Assembly (NCBI RefSeq): GCF_001194135.2
Contig: NC_068988.1
Span: forward strand, 35,912,002 to 35,976,001
Length of the DNA: 64,000 nucleotides
Direction of reading: 5' to 3'
DNA from: Octopus bimaculoides
Taxonomy: Eukaryota
Shown: positions 25,163 to 37,543 of the stretch, in pieces
Position numbering within the stretch: position 1 is the stretch's first letter
Layout of the letters: each line of letters begins with the position of its first letter
Notes under the pieces: generated by a model
The model's database searches: none
The model's input: the letters and a program-made list of their open reading frames with translations, nothing else
What the model was told of the DNA's origin: nothing
Program-made: the position numbers and the translations under genes

Positions 25163-26146
25163 CTTAGTCATCCCATAAATAATGCAGTAAACAGGGAGCG
25201 GACAATAAGCGTAAGCCAGCGAGAACTGCGGTTCTAGAAATTCAGAACCGGAAACTAAAGCCTAAAAGACGAGCCTCCTCCAGGAAGATCTGTAGAGCTC
25301 GATGAGGACGTCCTGCAAACGCTGGTGGAAGAAAATCCCATCGTAACTGTTGAGAAACTAGCAGAGAAACTTCGATTTAATCATTCAACTAATCATTTAA
25401 GTCAGCGCTAGAAGAAAATGGCAATGTTTGGTTTCAAGTATATTTTTGTACTTTTATTTCTCAAAATTATGATAAACAAATTTCTTTTTTTCCGTCCAAA
25501 TTATTTTGAAGACAGCGGAATAAATGATTATCAAATGGGACTATGTCGAGCAAATATGGTGGGTGGGACATCGTTCCCAATTCAAACTGCTCCAGCCTTT
25601 AAAATATCACCCTCTCTGTATATGACTGAGCGTTGTTCTCATGGAAGAGCACGTTTTCGTCTTGAAACCAAACATGGCCATTTTCTTCTAGCGCTGACTT
25701 AAAAAATGATTGGTTGAATGACTAAATCCAAGTTTCTCTGCTAGTTTCTTCCACCAGGGTTTGCAGGATGTCCTCGTCGAGCTCTACAGATCTTCCTGGA
25801 GGAGGCTTGTCTTTTAGGTTTTATTTTCCGGCTCGGAATTTCTGGAAACACAGTTGACGCTGGCTTACGCTTATTGTCCGATCCATATTTACTGCATTAA
25901 TATTCTTTACACTTTCTGTTGCTTTATTACCTTTATTGAACTCATATAGTAAAATATGCCAAATAGGCTCGTTCGTTACTTTGAAACATTAACTGTTAAA
26001 ATCGAACTGAAAACTTCAAAGCATGTACTAAAGAATAACGGCAAAGCAAAATTATTACCTGCAATTTGATGCAGGTAGTTTATCCCATCACCCTCCGACT
26101 TTTAGTTTATGCAATTGAAAAATCTATATTACTTTATGGGATACAC
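25163..26146. mobile_element. Internally deleted mariner derivative with long inverted arms (foldback/MITE-like)
   Basis: Plus arm encodes KFRTGN.SLKDEPPPGRSVELDEDVLQTLVEENP. The minus strand repeats it and continues RKRVLFHENNAQ and HPPYLLDIVPFDNHLFRCLQNNL. ATCCCATAAA/TTTATGGGAT marks the two ends. Confidence 0.85.
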
Positions 26147-26457
26147 ATCGCCAGTCTCGTAATATAACACTTGGTGATTTTGGTTCAAATCGGAAGTGTG
26201 AAACTATTTTCACTTTCTAATGAAACCTGGTCATCGCTGAGCAGTGTCTTTCAAATAACTAAAGCTGGTTATTGAGATAACGTAGAACATATCTAAATGG
26301 AAATAAAGTCTACTTGGTAGCCGAAAGTTTACTGAATCTGTTCATACCCCATATGTCAAAATCGGCAACTCAGTTTTCGAATGCATAAGCAAAATACTAT
26401 ACACCCCCGACGCACCACCCCTCACACACGCACAAACACAAAAACACACACACACAA

Positions 26458-26488
<31 letters not shown>

Positions 26489-26574
26489 ATCCCTGNNNNN
26501 NNNNNTACATACATACTTATACACACGCACATATATATATGTGTGTGTGCGTGTGTGTGTTGAATAAAATGAGA

Positions 26575-27145
26575 GAACAAAGCCAAGGCTGTGTGGAATT
26601 TATAGGACATTTATGAAGAGATACATAGTCTTACAGCTGTTTCTGGGATATTAGGGATATCCCTTCGCCAGAGACGATATGAGAGAGTTAACTTTTTTTC
26701 TTCTTTCTCGCTCATAGAGTTGGTATCGTGCAGGTGTGTTTACTGATTATGTGAGTAGACGACTGTCTTAAGCTGCTTTGCAGCTGTTTTCTGGTTGTGC
26801 TTTCTCTCCGCCTTGAGTAGGGTCTACAATGTCAACAGTAAAACACATGTTCTATTCGGAGTTTAGTGGGTTCGAAGTGTCCTCTTAGGAGGAGGAGCTC
26901 GTACGAGTAGTTGATAGAATGGACAAGTGCTCAAGGAAGAAAAGTTTTGCGGAATTGACAGGAGTCACAAAAAAGGAGCTGGACCTGACAAACATGGAGA
27001 AATACGAGAAAATGGCATGTAAGGTAGGTGGTGACGCTAAGTTGTCACCACCACAGAAAGTATTGGCGCGGTAACGATTCTTTGTGCCAGCTTGCCATCT
27101 TAATTTTGCTATCGCATTATAACGAGTTTTTCTTTTAATCAACAT
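26575..27145 (-). mobile_element. Probable Penelope-like 3' end carrying a hammerhead
   Basis: Hammerhead motif at 26628-26675 with a GC-richer upstream segment. The protein homology of that segment is unresolved. Confidence 0.45.
26628..26675 (-). ncRNA. Type I hammerhead ribozyme motif (HHR-2), A6 changed to G
   Basis: GUCU-CUGGCGA-A-GGGAUA-(UCCCUAA)-UAUCCC-A-GAAA-CAGCUG-UA-AGAC. Helix I 4 bp, helix II 6 bp, palindromic helix III ACAGCUGU, GUA site. Confidence 0.8.
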
Positions 27146-27629
27146 GCCGTGGTAAAAATTTCATTTCATTTCATTTAAATTTACAAAAATTCGTCGTCAC
27201 TGCATCAACCTACATGAACAATGTATTTTTGTGTACATTAAAGAATTTAATTATGTATGTGTTTTTAGGTCTTATTGACAAGTAAAAAATAAATTATGTT
27301 ACAATTTTATCTAAACAATTTAATTATGTTCTAACTAGTTGCAATAATATAAATTTAGATAGATGGGACTGAAGAAAAGTTAGTGAAAGATCAATTAACG
27401 AACGGTGAAATATTTTCTAATTTTTTGTGATCAATGCACGACAGTTAGAAAATATATGGCAGGACAAATTGAATTATTCTCACCATAGCACATTATCACA
27501 CTCTTGTAATTTCAAATCCTTCTGCCTGAGCAAAATCAATTAGAAGCAGAGAATTTGTGTCAGGTCGGTTGAATATTTTATTAAAAATATGCCTAGACAA
27601 TCAGCACAAATAATTTCAAATCAACCAAA

Positions 27630-27830
27630 TACATACAAACATGTATGTATGTATGTATTATATGTATGCATGCATGTATGTATGTATGCATTCATACACA
27701 CATACATACATGCATGCATACATACGTACATACATACATACACGTGTGCACGCACGCACGCATACTTCCATACATCCCTACATATACATAGACAGGCATG
27801 CAGACAGGCAGACAGACACACAATTAGAGC

Positions 27831-27874
<44 letters not shown>

Positions 27875-27895
27875 TATAGATAGATAGATAGATTA
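27630..27895 (+). repeat. Compound (TATG)/(CATA)/(GATA)n microsatellite
   Basis: Direct reading. Confidence 0.9.
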
Positions 27896-29472
27896 GCGTG
27901 TTTATATTTTGTGCATGCAAAAGAAAATATATAAACAGCCAAATTTATATTAGGCACAAATTATTTCTTTATGTTGCATCATGTTTAATGTGTTGTTTTT
28001 TCCATTTGAAAATATTTAAATTTCATGCAGCGTCACGTCTTGTTTAAATTAATTCAGTCAAAACTCACCAGTTCTATTGCAGTTGTTGTTGATGATGGAA
28101 GAAAAGGCATGAATATTGAGATTGGGAACTATTAGACTTCTCCAAAAATTGCACCAGTTAATTTTTAGATTCAGATTATGGAATTGCATCACTTGAATTT
28201 CCAGTAAATCTATGGGGTTTACTCACTGCAAAGTTAGTTACATTCGGACTATATTTAATGTTATAAATGCGATGACACGTACAGAAATATTGAACTATAC
28301 GTTTATGCCAGATACATTATAGTAATTCGTTTGACTTTAGGTGAATAGAGATATAATAGAGACGGTAAACAGACGAAAAGCAACTTTAATGAAATTTGAA
28401 TAAATGTCATTCCCAAATGGATTAGCAATGTAAATTACATGTTACAATTATCAAGTCGAGACGAAAATAGAAAATGTTCTTTGTCTGAAGAGCTAATTTA
28501 CATCGTAGTAATTCCCAACATTTTCTGCATTTCACATGTATAGAGAGGTAGTGATGAGAGGGATATGGCGCGTGTAGTAGGATACTAGTTAGCAAAAATA
28601 TCGAAAGAATTTTCCAATATATTCTTGCACTAATTCAGTTTCTTGCCACCTTTAGAACAGAATAACACTTCTGTTTATACAACCTTGCACTCATTCGTTT
28701 TTTTGTTATTGTAAAATGAATATATCCGGCTTGTTATGTTTACACTTGACAGATATTTTGATGACAATGTTCCATCAGATTTTCTGTTGTTGGACTAGAA
28801 ATGCACAGCCCAGGAAGTGTAATGTGATGTGGGAGTCACGAGTCCAAGACAGACTGCGCTTCAATCGATATCACTGTTCTTCAAAACTTCGTGTAAAATA
28901 TCCAAGCATAGTCTTTTTTTTTTTTTTTGCCCTATAGCTTCATACTCCTGCGAAGGTCAATTTTAATTTTTATCATTTCAAGTTGATTAAGTACCAGTCA
29001 GATAGAATCATTATTATTAATTTACTACATTTTCAAATTCGAGACCTTCTTTGTATGCTAGATAATTATATTTTGACATATTTCTGCGCATTTAAATACT
29101 GTATGTCTGTAAAAAATTATTTCTAGGAACTGAAAAAAAATGATTTCTAATACTGCAATAAACTAGGTCTCAATGATTTAAGTATTATACACAGAATACT
29201 ATTTCAAATTAATACTGCTTAATCTGCACGTAGTGAACGAAAATTTTCGCTAAAATTTAAATGATTACATAATTTTAATATAATAATTATTCCAAAGGTA
29301 TTATATGTTATTTGACTGTCATTATTATTTTTTTTTACAAATCATCTACTACTAATGCGAAGATAGCAACAAGTAGAAATTGATTTAATTTATGTAAAAT
29401 AAATCACTGTATGACCTGTTAGACGGCTTGATACACAAAGACTATCAAGATTGCCACGAAATCAATACTCAC

Positions 29473-29589
29473 CCCAGTATGAGTTGAATATAGATTGTAT
29501 ATGTTACACAGGAAATATTTAAATTCCTATCGTCTTGTTTCCACTTTCTGCCATTTCTTTCACTTGCCCTACCTTGTAAATTTATTAAC
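29473..29589 (-). other. Candidate exon (117 bp, phase 2-2), product unknown
   Basis: Acceptor TTTGTTTTTGTCTGCCTTAG, donor GG|GTGAGT, one open frame LINLQGRASERNGRKWKQDDRNLNISCVTYTIYIQLIL. No recognised homology. Confidence 0.25.
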
Positions 29590-30136
29590 CTAAGGCAGAC
29601 AAAAACAAACACATTTACAATAAAATGAATATATTGTATTGATAAAGTAATATGAAAAGCATAAATGATGAAATAACAGAAACTTCTGTATAGAGAAATC
29701 TTACGAAAACAAAAAAAAAAAGAAATATTGTATAAAAAAAATAAGATACAAAATAAAGTATGAATTCAGTTTTCTATTAAGAGTCGTGATGTTTATTTAT
29801 ATCTGAAATAATTGCCGAAATTGCTACACAATACTTATTCGGAAACAATTCATGTATCATATATAACTAATCGAAAATTAAGTAATTATTCTTCATTTGT
29901 AGGAAGATTGATATGGTATCTCTTATTCACACAGGGTTTCCATTAAAATATATACCAAAATCTAATTGTCTAATTATCTATAGACAATATACGTACATTA
30001 AAAATGTGAAAGATTAATGCGTGTCTTGTGTGAGCATGTATATCTGCATATATAAAAGGCAGGATGTGTGTGTGTGTGTACGTGAATGTAATTCATGCAT
30101 GTCCACAAATCAGCACGCATGTCCCTCCAATTTTAG

Positions 30137-30239
30137 GAGGACATTCGTCATGAATCTAGCAGTATTTTTGTCGACTTATTTTCCCCAGAGGCAATCCACA
30201 ATTGTTTACAACAGGCGTTAAGTCCCCTTCTAGCGACGA
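30137..30239 (+). other. Candidate exon (103 bp), product unknown
   Basis: Acceptor CCTCCAATTTTAG, donor GA|GTAAGT, open frame EDIRHESSSIFVDLFSPEAIHNCLQQALSPLLAT. No recognised homology. Confidence 0.3.
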
Positions 30240-30309
30240 GTAAGTTTTTGTTAAGACTTTTGTTATTTATTTTTCATCGAGGAAAAAAGAGTGTTGATAT
30301 ACGGGCAAC

Positions 30310-30340
<31 letters not shown>

Positions 30341-30989
30341 AACACACATACGAACATGTATGCGTACAAAAATATGTATGCAATTGGTGTACGTACGTAC
30401 ATGTGCGTATGTGTGTGTGTGTGTTGACCACAATCTAGCAATCCGTTTTTCATTCTCTCGTACTCTTTCTTTCTTTCTTTCTTTCATAGTCCCTCCTCTA
30501 TTCATTTTGATAAATACCATTCTCCTCCTAAGGTACATATCTATTCTCATAATTTCATTCACGCTACATGACCCCTTTGAATGAACAGCACATGGAATGT
30601 ATGTCTCCACACTATCCGTTTGTAATAACAAACTATGAACTCCTGTAGGAATCTACTTAAAATGGCCAAGATGAAATTCTAGCCATTCTACACAGCACTT
30701 TCCTTGAATAAGGAAACTGCAACTGTAACATCCTACATATATTTTTTATATTCATTTTTATTCACTTATTTCCCTTTATACTTCCTATAGCCATCCTTTT
30801 CCAAAATAACTCCTTATGTTGAACTCTCCTATTTCCAGTTCTATATTTCTATATCTCTAAATGTCTCTTTATGTATTTATTTATTTTTTTAACGAAGAGC
30901 GGAAATACAAACACATGCGGGGACGTATAAAAACGAAAAAAAAAAATAATAAACGTATGATATACATGAATGATACAACAAAAATGATA

Positions 30990-31985
30990 ATGAAAATGAG
31001 CTATTTGCCCCACCTCAAGCAGCCTCACTTGCTTCCTTTTATCTTTTAAATTCCAAGTCCTTCAATATGTCTATACCATATTTCTCGGTCAGTTCCTTGT
31101 ACTTTATATTGTTCGGTATCGTCTTTAAATCACAATTCACCTTGCAACACTTATAACCCCTCTTGAAATTCAATATTTCGTCTTTTTGGCTTTCGGACAC
31201 CAGAACACATGAGTGCCATCCACTGATGTTTGTCCATCCTTTGACATGGACAAATTTTGCAATCTTCTATTTTGTTATCTTGTTTAGCAGTTCCTCGTTC
31301 ACACCTTCACCCATCATACACGCGAAACAATTTTCAGTCGGAAGGGGAGTTTGTTGAAAATTGTGTGTCTGTATTTCTTTTTCTCTTGATGTGTGTAGCA
31401 GGGGAATGGGTGGGTTTAGTTTTTGTGGAGTGAGGGTGGGTCAGAGAGGTATGGAAGTGGTGGGTATGGTTTGGGGTTCTACTTCACTCTATCCTTTCTT
31501 CCTCTTCCTTTTTCTTCCTTCGGCAACAATCCACTGTTCTTCGTTTCTCTTTTCTTCCTCTTTCACTTTCTCCGGATCCTTTCCAACTTCCCCCTGACTT
31601 TTATACTTCTGTAGAGGGCAGTGTGCTCTAATGTAAACTTTTTGGCCACATTTAAAGCAACGAGGGGTTATGCCCACGTTCTCAACACTACATCTCCAAT
31701 GGTCACCGTTTCCACCACATTTTCCAGTGTCTCTGCAATGCTCTGTATGATCAGGTCCAATGTTTGACTTTTCCATACGGAATTTTCTGTTTTCGTGGCT
31801 TGGGGGACGACTATTTCTGCTTTACTTCCTAGAAGAACAGCTGCTGCAACCCAAGCCACATCTATTTGCGGTGGGTTTCCCTCCACCCTAATCCTTGAAG
31901 TCCTTCTGACTTGAAATGAACCACACTTGTTCCATATCTGCTTCCTCTTGCAAGATATGTTATGTCTTGCCAGACGGAGCACAAC
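30990..31985 (-). mobile_element. LINE ORF1 (gag-like, CCHC zinc knuckle) remnant, possibly L1/Tx1-type
   Basis: ITPRCFKCGQKVYIRAHCP (degenerate CX2CX4HX4C knuckle) followed by a lysine/glutamate-rich tail; frameshifted ORFs 31668-31982 and 31489-31776. Confidence 0.6.
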
Positions 31986-32138
31986 GCCTTTTCTATTATT
32001 TCTACCACAACATTTTCAAAGTTAACGCTTTAAACAAACCTGCTGACTTTCTGCCAAAATTTGAAACATTACAACTTTATTGCTATATGCCGATGTCTTT
32101 TGTTGTTCGAGAAAAAATTGAACTAATAAAATGAATTA

Positions 32139-33628
32139 TTGGGTTGGCAACTAAGTTCTCACCGTTTCATTAAATTTTGGAATTTATTGCCTTCTTAAAG
32201 TTTGGAATTTCATGCATTTTTAAATTTTGGAATCTATTGTTTTCGAGAATTCTATTTTTGAATCATCTTGGAATCTGTTTTTTTTTTCTAGTTAATTTAA
32301 TTAATTTTTGTTTATTTTTAGATCATTAAAATGGAATGTCAAGTTAAGAAAAACGATCGTTTCCGACACCTCCTTCTTTCTGCTTTTAATCAAGGTTCTA
32401 AGGCCACAAAAGCTGTTCGCGACATTTGTGCTGTGTATGGAGAGGGTGCCATGGCTGAAAGAACNNNNNNNNNNNNNNNNNNNNNNNNNNNNNNNNNNNN
32501 NNNNNNNNNNNNNNNNNNNNNNNNNNNNNNNNNNNNNNNNNNNNNNNCCGACACCTCCTTCTTTCTGCTTTTAATCAAGGTTCTAAGACCACAAAAGCTG
32601 TTCGCGACATTTGTGCTGTGTATGGAGAGGGTGCCATGGCTGAAAGAACCGCTCGTAATTGGCATGCCAAGTTCAAAAATGGAAATTTTGACCTCAAGGA
32701 CACACCTCGTTCTGGCCGTCCAGTTGAGTTCGATGAAGAGCGATTAAACCAAATTTTGCACGAACATTCTCGTCAAACAAGGTAACTGGCAGCGAAAATG
32801 GAATGCTCCGACACTGCTAGAGAGAAGCATCTTCACACGACGGGAAAGTTTCAGAAGTATGGAGCGTGGGTTCCGCACACTTTAAGTGACAACAGCAAAA
32901 ATCAACGAGCCACAATCACCACTGGTTTGCTTGCTGGTTACCGATCAACTTATGGACACAAGCAACGATTTCTTTACCGAATCGATACTGGCGACGAGAA
33001 ATGGTGCCTGTACATCAATATGAAGCAGCGTAAGGAATGGCATAGCCCCGGTAAACAAATAACACCGCGCGTGAAACAAGATCTTCATCCGCGTAAAACG
33101 ATGTTGTGCGTATGGTGGGACTGGTAAGGGATTATCCATTACGAATTACTTGAACGGAACCAAACTGTCAACTCAGAACTCTATGTTCAACAGATGGAAC
33201 GACTCAACACGGCTATTCAAGAGAAAAACCTAATCGTCAGCATAAAGTTCTTCTGCTGCACGACAACGCCCGCCCTCATATCGCCAATATGACCAAGAAA
33301 GCCATTCAAAGGCATGGCTGGGAAGTGCTACCATACCCGCCGTGCTCTCCTGATTTGGCGCCAACGAATTTCCACCTCTTTTGATCTCTTTCAAATGCTA
33401 AGCGCGGAGTTTCGTTCAATTCTGATGCAGAATTGAGAGCTTGGTTGGATCAATTTTTCGAGTCGAAATCGGGTAATTTCTACCAACGAGGTATTGAATA
33501 TCTTGTTGAACGCTGAGAAGTTTTAAACAACAAGGGTGAATACATTATTGATTAATCAGTTGTTATTTTTTATCAAAACTTAAAAATTTAAATTTAAAAA
33601 AACAGCAGGAACTTAGTTGCCAACCCAA
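32139..33628 (+). mobile_element. Near-complete mariner (Tc1/mariner, DD34D family) DNA transposon
   Basis: 20-bp perfect TIR TTGGGTTGGCAACTAAGTTC (32139-32158) / GAACTTAGTTGCCAACCCAA (33609-33628), with TA on both sides (32137-32138 and 33629-33630). Confidence 0.97.
32331..33555 (+). pseudogene. Inactivated mariner transposase
   Basis: [58 protein letters not shown]. Stops and frameshifts are present, and the third catalytic Asp reads Asn. Confidence 0.95.
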
Positions 33629-34254
33629 TAATTGCTGTCTGTGTTACTAAATGTTCTTTGAGTTTTCTCAATACGTCTAGCACTAGAATGACATTTTTCA
33701 TTGCAGTTGGTATGGAAAAGTTCAGATATCGTTCCATATAGTATTGCATTTAAAATATAAAATCTTGGACATACTTGAAAAACATTCTTCTTTTATACGG
33801 TTGTAATGCTAATCAAACGTTACAAATGGTAAGGTGTGATAACTCTGTAAACAATATATAAGCTTTAAGCTTGTGAATATTTACTATATGCAGAATATAT
33901 ATATATATATATATATATCGTTCATTTTGTTATTATCCAATATAACTATTTTAAAAGAATGATAATAACAGAGTCAATAACATAGGCGGTTGCCTGTTCT
34001 CATTTAGGTGCATAAAATCTGCCAACCGGACCGATCTATGGGAGATAACTCGTCCCATTCCATGCTTAAACAGTGTATATTATTCATTTGCTTATAAATT
34101 AACAGACCTTAACAGATTTCTGCCTCCAGTTTGAAGATAGGTTATATGCTGGCACCGATTGGAAACTATGTTTTCAATAAAGCTAAGCTCTTTATGGATC
34201 GAAACCATTGGTCACACAATGATCGGGCATTTATTTAATTTATTGTATATTCTT

Positions 34255-34514
34255 TCATTCTTTTATCTGCCTCAGTAATTTGATTGTGGCCATACCGGAG
34301 TACCGCAGCGAAGGATTTTTTAGTCGAATAAATTGGCCCCAATACATATTACTTTTTAAAGCCTGCTCCTTATTCTATCGGTCTGATTTTGCGAACCGCT
34401 GATTTGCGGGGAGGTAAATACACCAACACCAGTTGTCAAGCGGTGATGGGGAGACAAGCACAATCACAGACACACACACATGGATTATACATACATAGAT
34501 ACACACACACACAC

Positions 34515-34564
<50 letters not shown>

Positions 34565-34574
34565 NNNNNNNNNN

Positions 34575-34638
<64 letters not shown>

Positions 34639-34778
34639 CACATACATACAACAGGCTTCTTTCAGCTTCCGTCTACTCACTCGGCTTTGGTCGGCTCGAG
34701 GCTATAGTAGAAAACACTTGCCCAAATTGCCACGCAGTTTGACTGGACCCGGCAGCATGTTTATTATTACACAACCAC
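34255..34778 (-). mobile_element. tRNA-derived SINE family 2 with internal (CA)/(TA) microsatellite
   Basis: Homologous to 53223-53838: TTGGGCAAGTGTTTTCTACTATAGCCTCGAGCCGACCAAAG and ACAACTGGTGTTGGTGTATTTACCTCCCCGC. Confidence 0.85.
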
Positions 34779-35014
34779 GATATATATGTAAAGATAAATT
34801 AAACAGAGATATTCCGTTGACATTCAATAATATATTTATATTACAATATTACATTAAATACTATGAATATAATATATGACATAAAACATAACATAATATC
34901 ATATTATATAAATAATTACAAAAGCCGCAAAAGCCCAACAAATTGTTTCGGGTTATATATATATTTTTTTCTGATATACATAATCACAGTTCCATTATAT
35001 ATAATCCACTTCAG

Positions 35015-35175
35015 GGTAAATCGGTTCAAGAAGACGAAAGCCCTTCTGGAAAGGACGGCTGCATTGTAAACATTAATTCAACTGTCTGTCTTATGGGCGT
35101 TAGCGTTACTTATTCAATCTTACATCAATTACAATTAAGAAAACAAAAACATTCTAACGGACGCGATACAGTCAA
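35015..35175 (+). other. Candidate exon (161 bp), product unknown
   Basis: Acceptor CCACTTCAG, donor AA|GTAAGT, open frame GKSVQEDESPSGKDGCIVNINSTVCLMG; no recognised homology. Confidence 0.2.
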
Positions 35176-35925
35176 GTAAGTTCAATCCACAACCATCGAA
35201 ATTCACTTCATTATATCTCAAACACAAACCAATGGAAACCCTTTTATGTCCAAGATTGTTTCATGTCACCAGAGCATACAATAATAACATATGTGTGTAT
35301 ATAAATGTATATAATTAAGTATCTAAGTCTTCTCCTATGTGTAACTACAACAAAAAATATATAAACAATTACATTTTCAACACAACTCTTTAATCTATTT
35401 AAATTAGTTGGCATGAAAATTAATTGTGTAAATTAACTAATAATAATCTTCAATATTTATTTATTATTTTCTTGTAGGGATCATTATGTAGTAGATATGA
35501 AAAGGAACCTAATGAAAATTTCTCTCTTTGTTTACTTAATCTATCGCAAGTAGAATTCTGTAATTATTATATTTTAGACTACAGCAATGGAAATCGAATT
35601 TAATAAGTTTTTAGGGGTAACCATACTTGAGTTTAGTTTTTTTAAAAATGACTATGGAAGGAAGAATTTAGTTAATCGACAGAAGCCATCGATACAAACC
35701 AAATAAGCAACGCGCAATGTTCCCGATGAACTAATCTATATTATTATTTACAAAATGAGGGACCATATATGTTGCATATATAAACTTTATCAATACTTTC
35801 AGAAATAACAAACAACATTGTTGTGATTAGAATACTATTTATAAACTATACAATACTATAATAATTACTATTTTGGTTATTAAATTTATTTAGTAAGTCA
35901 AATGAAACTACATTTAAATACATAC

Positions 35926-35929
<4 letters not shown>

Positions 35930-36002
<73 letters not shown>

Positions 36003-36150
36003 TACACACACATACATATACACATATATACACATACACATATCCATATATACATATACACACACTATATATAGATATGTATATATATACAAACATGCGT
36101 ACGTACACACACATATACACACTTTCAGATACATACACACCCATACACAT
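35930..36150 (+). repeat. (TA)n plus degenerate (CA/TA) microsatellite
   Basis: Direct reading. Confidence 0.93.
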
Positions 36151-36523
36151 GCAGAGACATATGTATATTGTAATATATTCCGGAGATTTGTTAAGAATGT
36201 GCGACTACAAGAAAAAACTAAATTACAACTAAATAAGATACGATGCAAAACACAATGGTAAATAAATAAGCATTTCCAACGAAATAAATTACAAATTATT
36301 TCCTCGACATAGCTAAATACACATGAAAATCTATTGAGATTATGAAATAAAAAAAAAAAAGACTTAACATTGTTAGCGATAATAAAAAGACACACTAATA
36401 CAATGTTGGTTTATTCGACTATTGCTAGCAACACAAAAATATCAGTCTTGTAATATTCAGCGTATCGAAGATCAGTAAAACAGAGTTGTGTGATGAAGAA
36501 GAGTGCTATTCTTCTAGACCGTG

Positions 36524-36616
36524 TTATCAGGGCGTGCTGACTGAAATTATTCACCTGTGTTCGCATCGCTATGTGCACAGGGAATTAAGAAACAGTAAGT
36601 AATCTGATAAGCTTGA
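36524..36616 (+). repeat. Unclassified dispersed repeat of about 100 bp with an internal hairpin
   Basis: AGGGCGTGC(T/G)GACTGAAATTATTCACCTGTGTTCGCATCGCTATGTGCACAGGGAATT..AAGTAATCTGATAAGCT also occurs at 41932-42032. Confidence 0.8.
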
Positions 36617-37329
36617 AGTAAAGCGTACCGCTCTCTATATATACATTTCAGGAATGATTTGAATTTGAGGCAGGCAAACAAGCTGAGCTGTTGCGATACT
36701 CATCTGCTCATACACATGTAATGTCACAGATCAGTCTTGGAAGTANNNNNNNNNNNNNNNNNNNNNNNNNNNNNNNNNNNNNNNNNNNNNNNNNNNNNNN
36801 NNNNNNNNNNNNNNNNNNNNNNNNNNNNNNNNNNNNNNNNNNNNNNNNNNNNNNNNNNNNNNNNNNNNNNNNNNNNNNNNNNNNNNNNNNNNNNNNNNNN
36901 NNNNNNNNNNNNNNNNNNNNNNNNNNNNNNNNNNNNNNNNNNNNNNNNNNNNNNNNNACAGTAAGTAATCTGATAAGCTTGAAGTAAAGCGTACCGCTCT
37001 CTATATATACATTTCAGGAATGATTTGAATTTGAGGCAGGCAAACAAGCTGAGCTGTTGCGATACTCATCTGCTCATACACATGTAATGTCACAGATCAG
37101 TCTTGGAAGTATGGGGTGCCAGGTTTAGTTAGTTGTTAACTATGTGGATATTTAGTTCACCATCATCTTCGTGGCATATCATAGACAAATGTATTACTTC
37201 CCAATGAAAACCACCTCCGCATTTCTGAAGTTTGTAGAGTAATGTACGAGGGGTCGTTTCTATTGTTATTATCATGCTTCATATGTTTGTGGTGTGGTGA
37301 ATAATTTTTGTGTATATTATGTTACATTA

Positions 37330-37543
37330 AAGGTTTCAAATTTTGGCGCAGGGTAGGCAATTTTAGGGGAGTGGTAAGTCGATTACATCGACCCCAATTT
37401 TCAACTGGTATTTATTTTATCAATCGGGAAAGGATGAAAGGCAATGCCGAACTCAAGCGAATTTGAATTCAAAAAGTAAAGACGGACGAAATGCCGTTAA
37501 ACATTTTCCCCGGCTTGCTAATGATTCTGCCAGCTTGCAGCCT
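37330..37543 (-). mobile_element. tRNA-derived SINE family 3
   Basis: Reverse complement has a GGCTGCAAGCTGGCAGAATC head, a GAATTCAAATTC B-box-like motif and a GCCTTTCATCCTTTCCCGATTGATAAAATAAATACCAG core. Confidence 0.85.

Noticed and set aside
32363-32649. 102-bp duplication inside the mariner transposase
   Set aside because: The copies flank an N-gap and differ by one base; assembly or allelic artefact.
36592-37111. 154-bp perfect direct repeat (36592-36745 and 36958-37111)
   Set aside because: Identical copies flank an N-gap; most likely an unmerged contig overlap.
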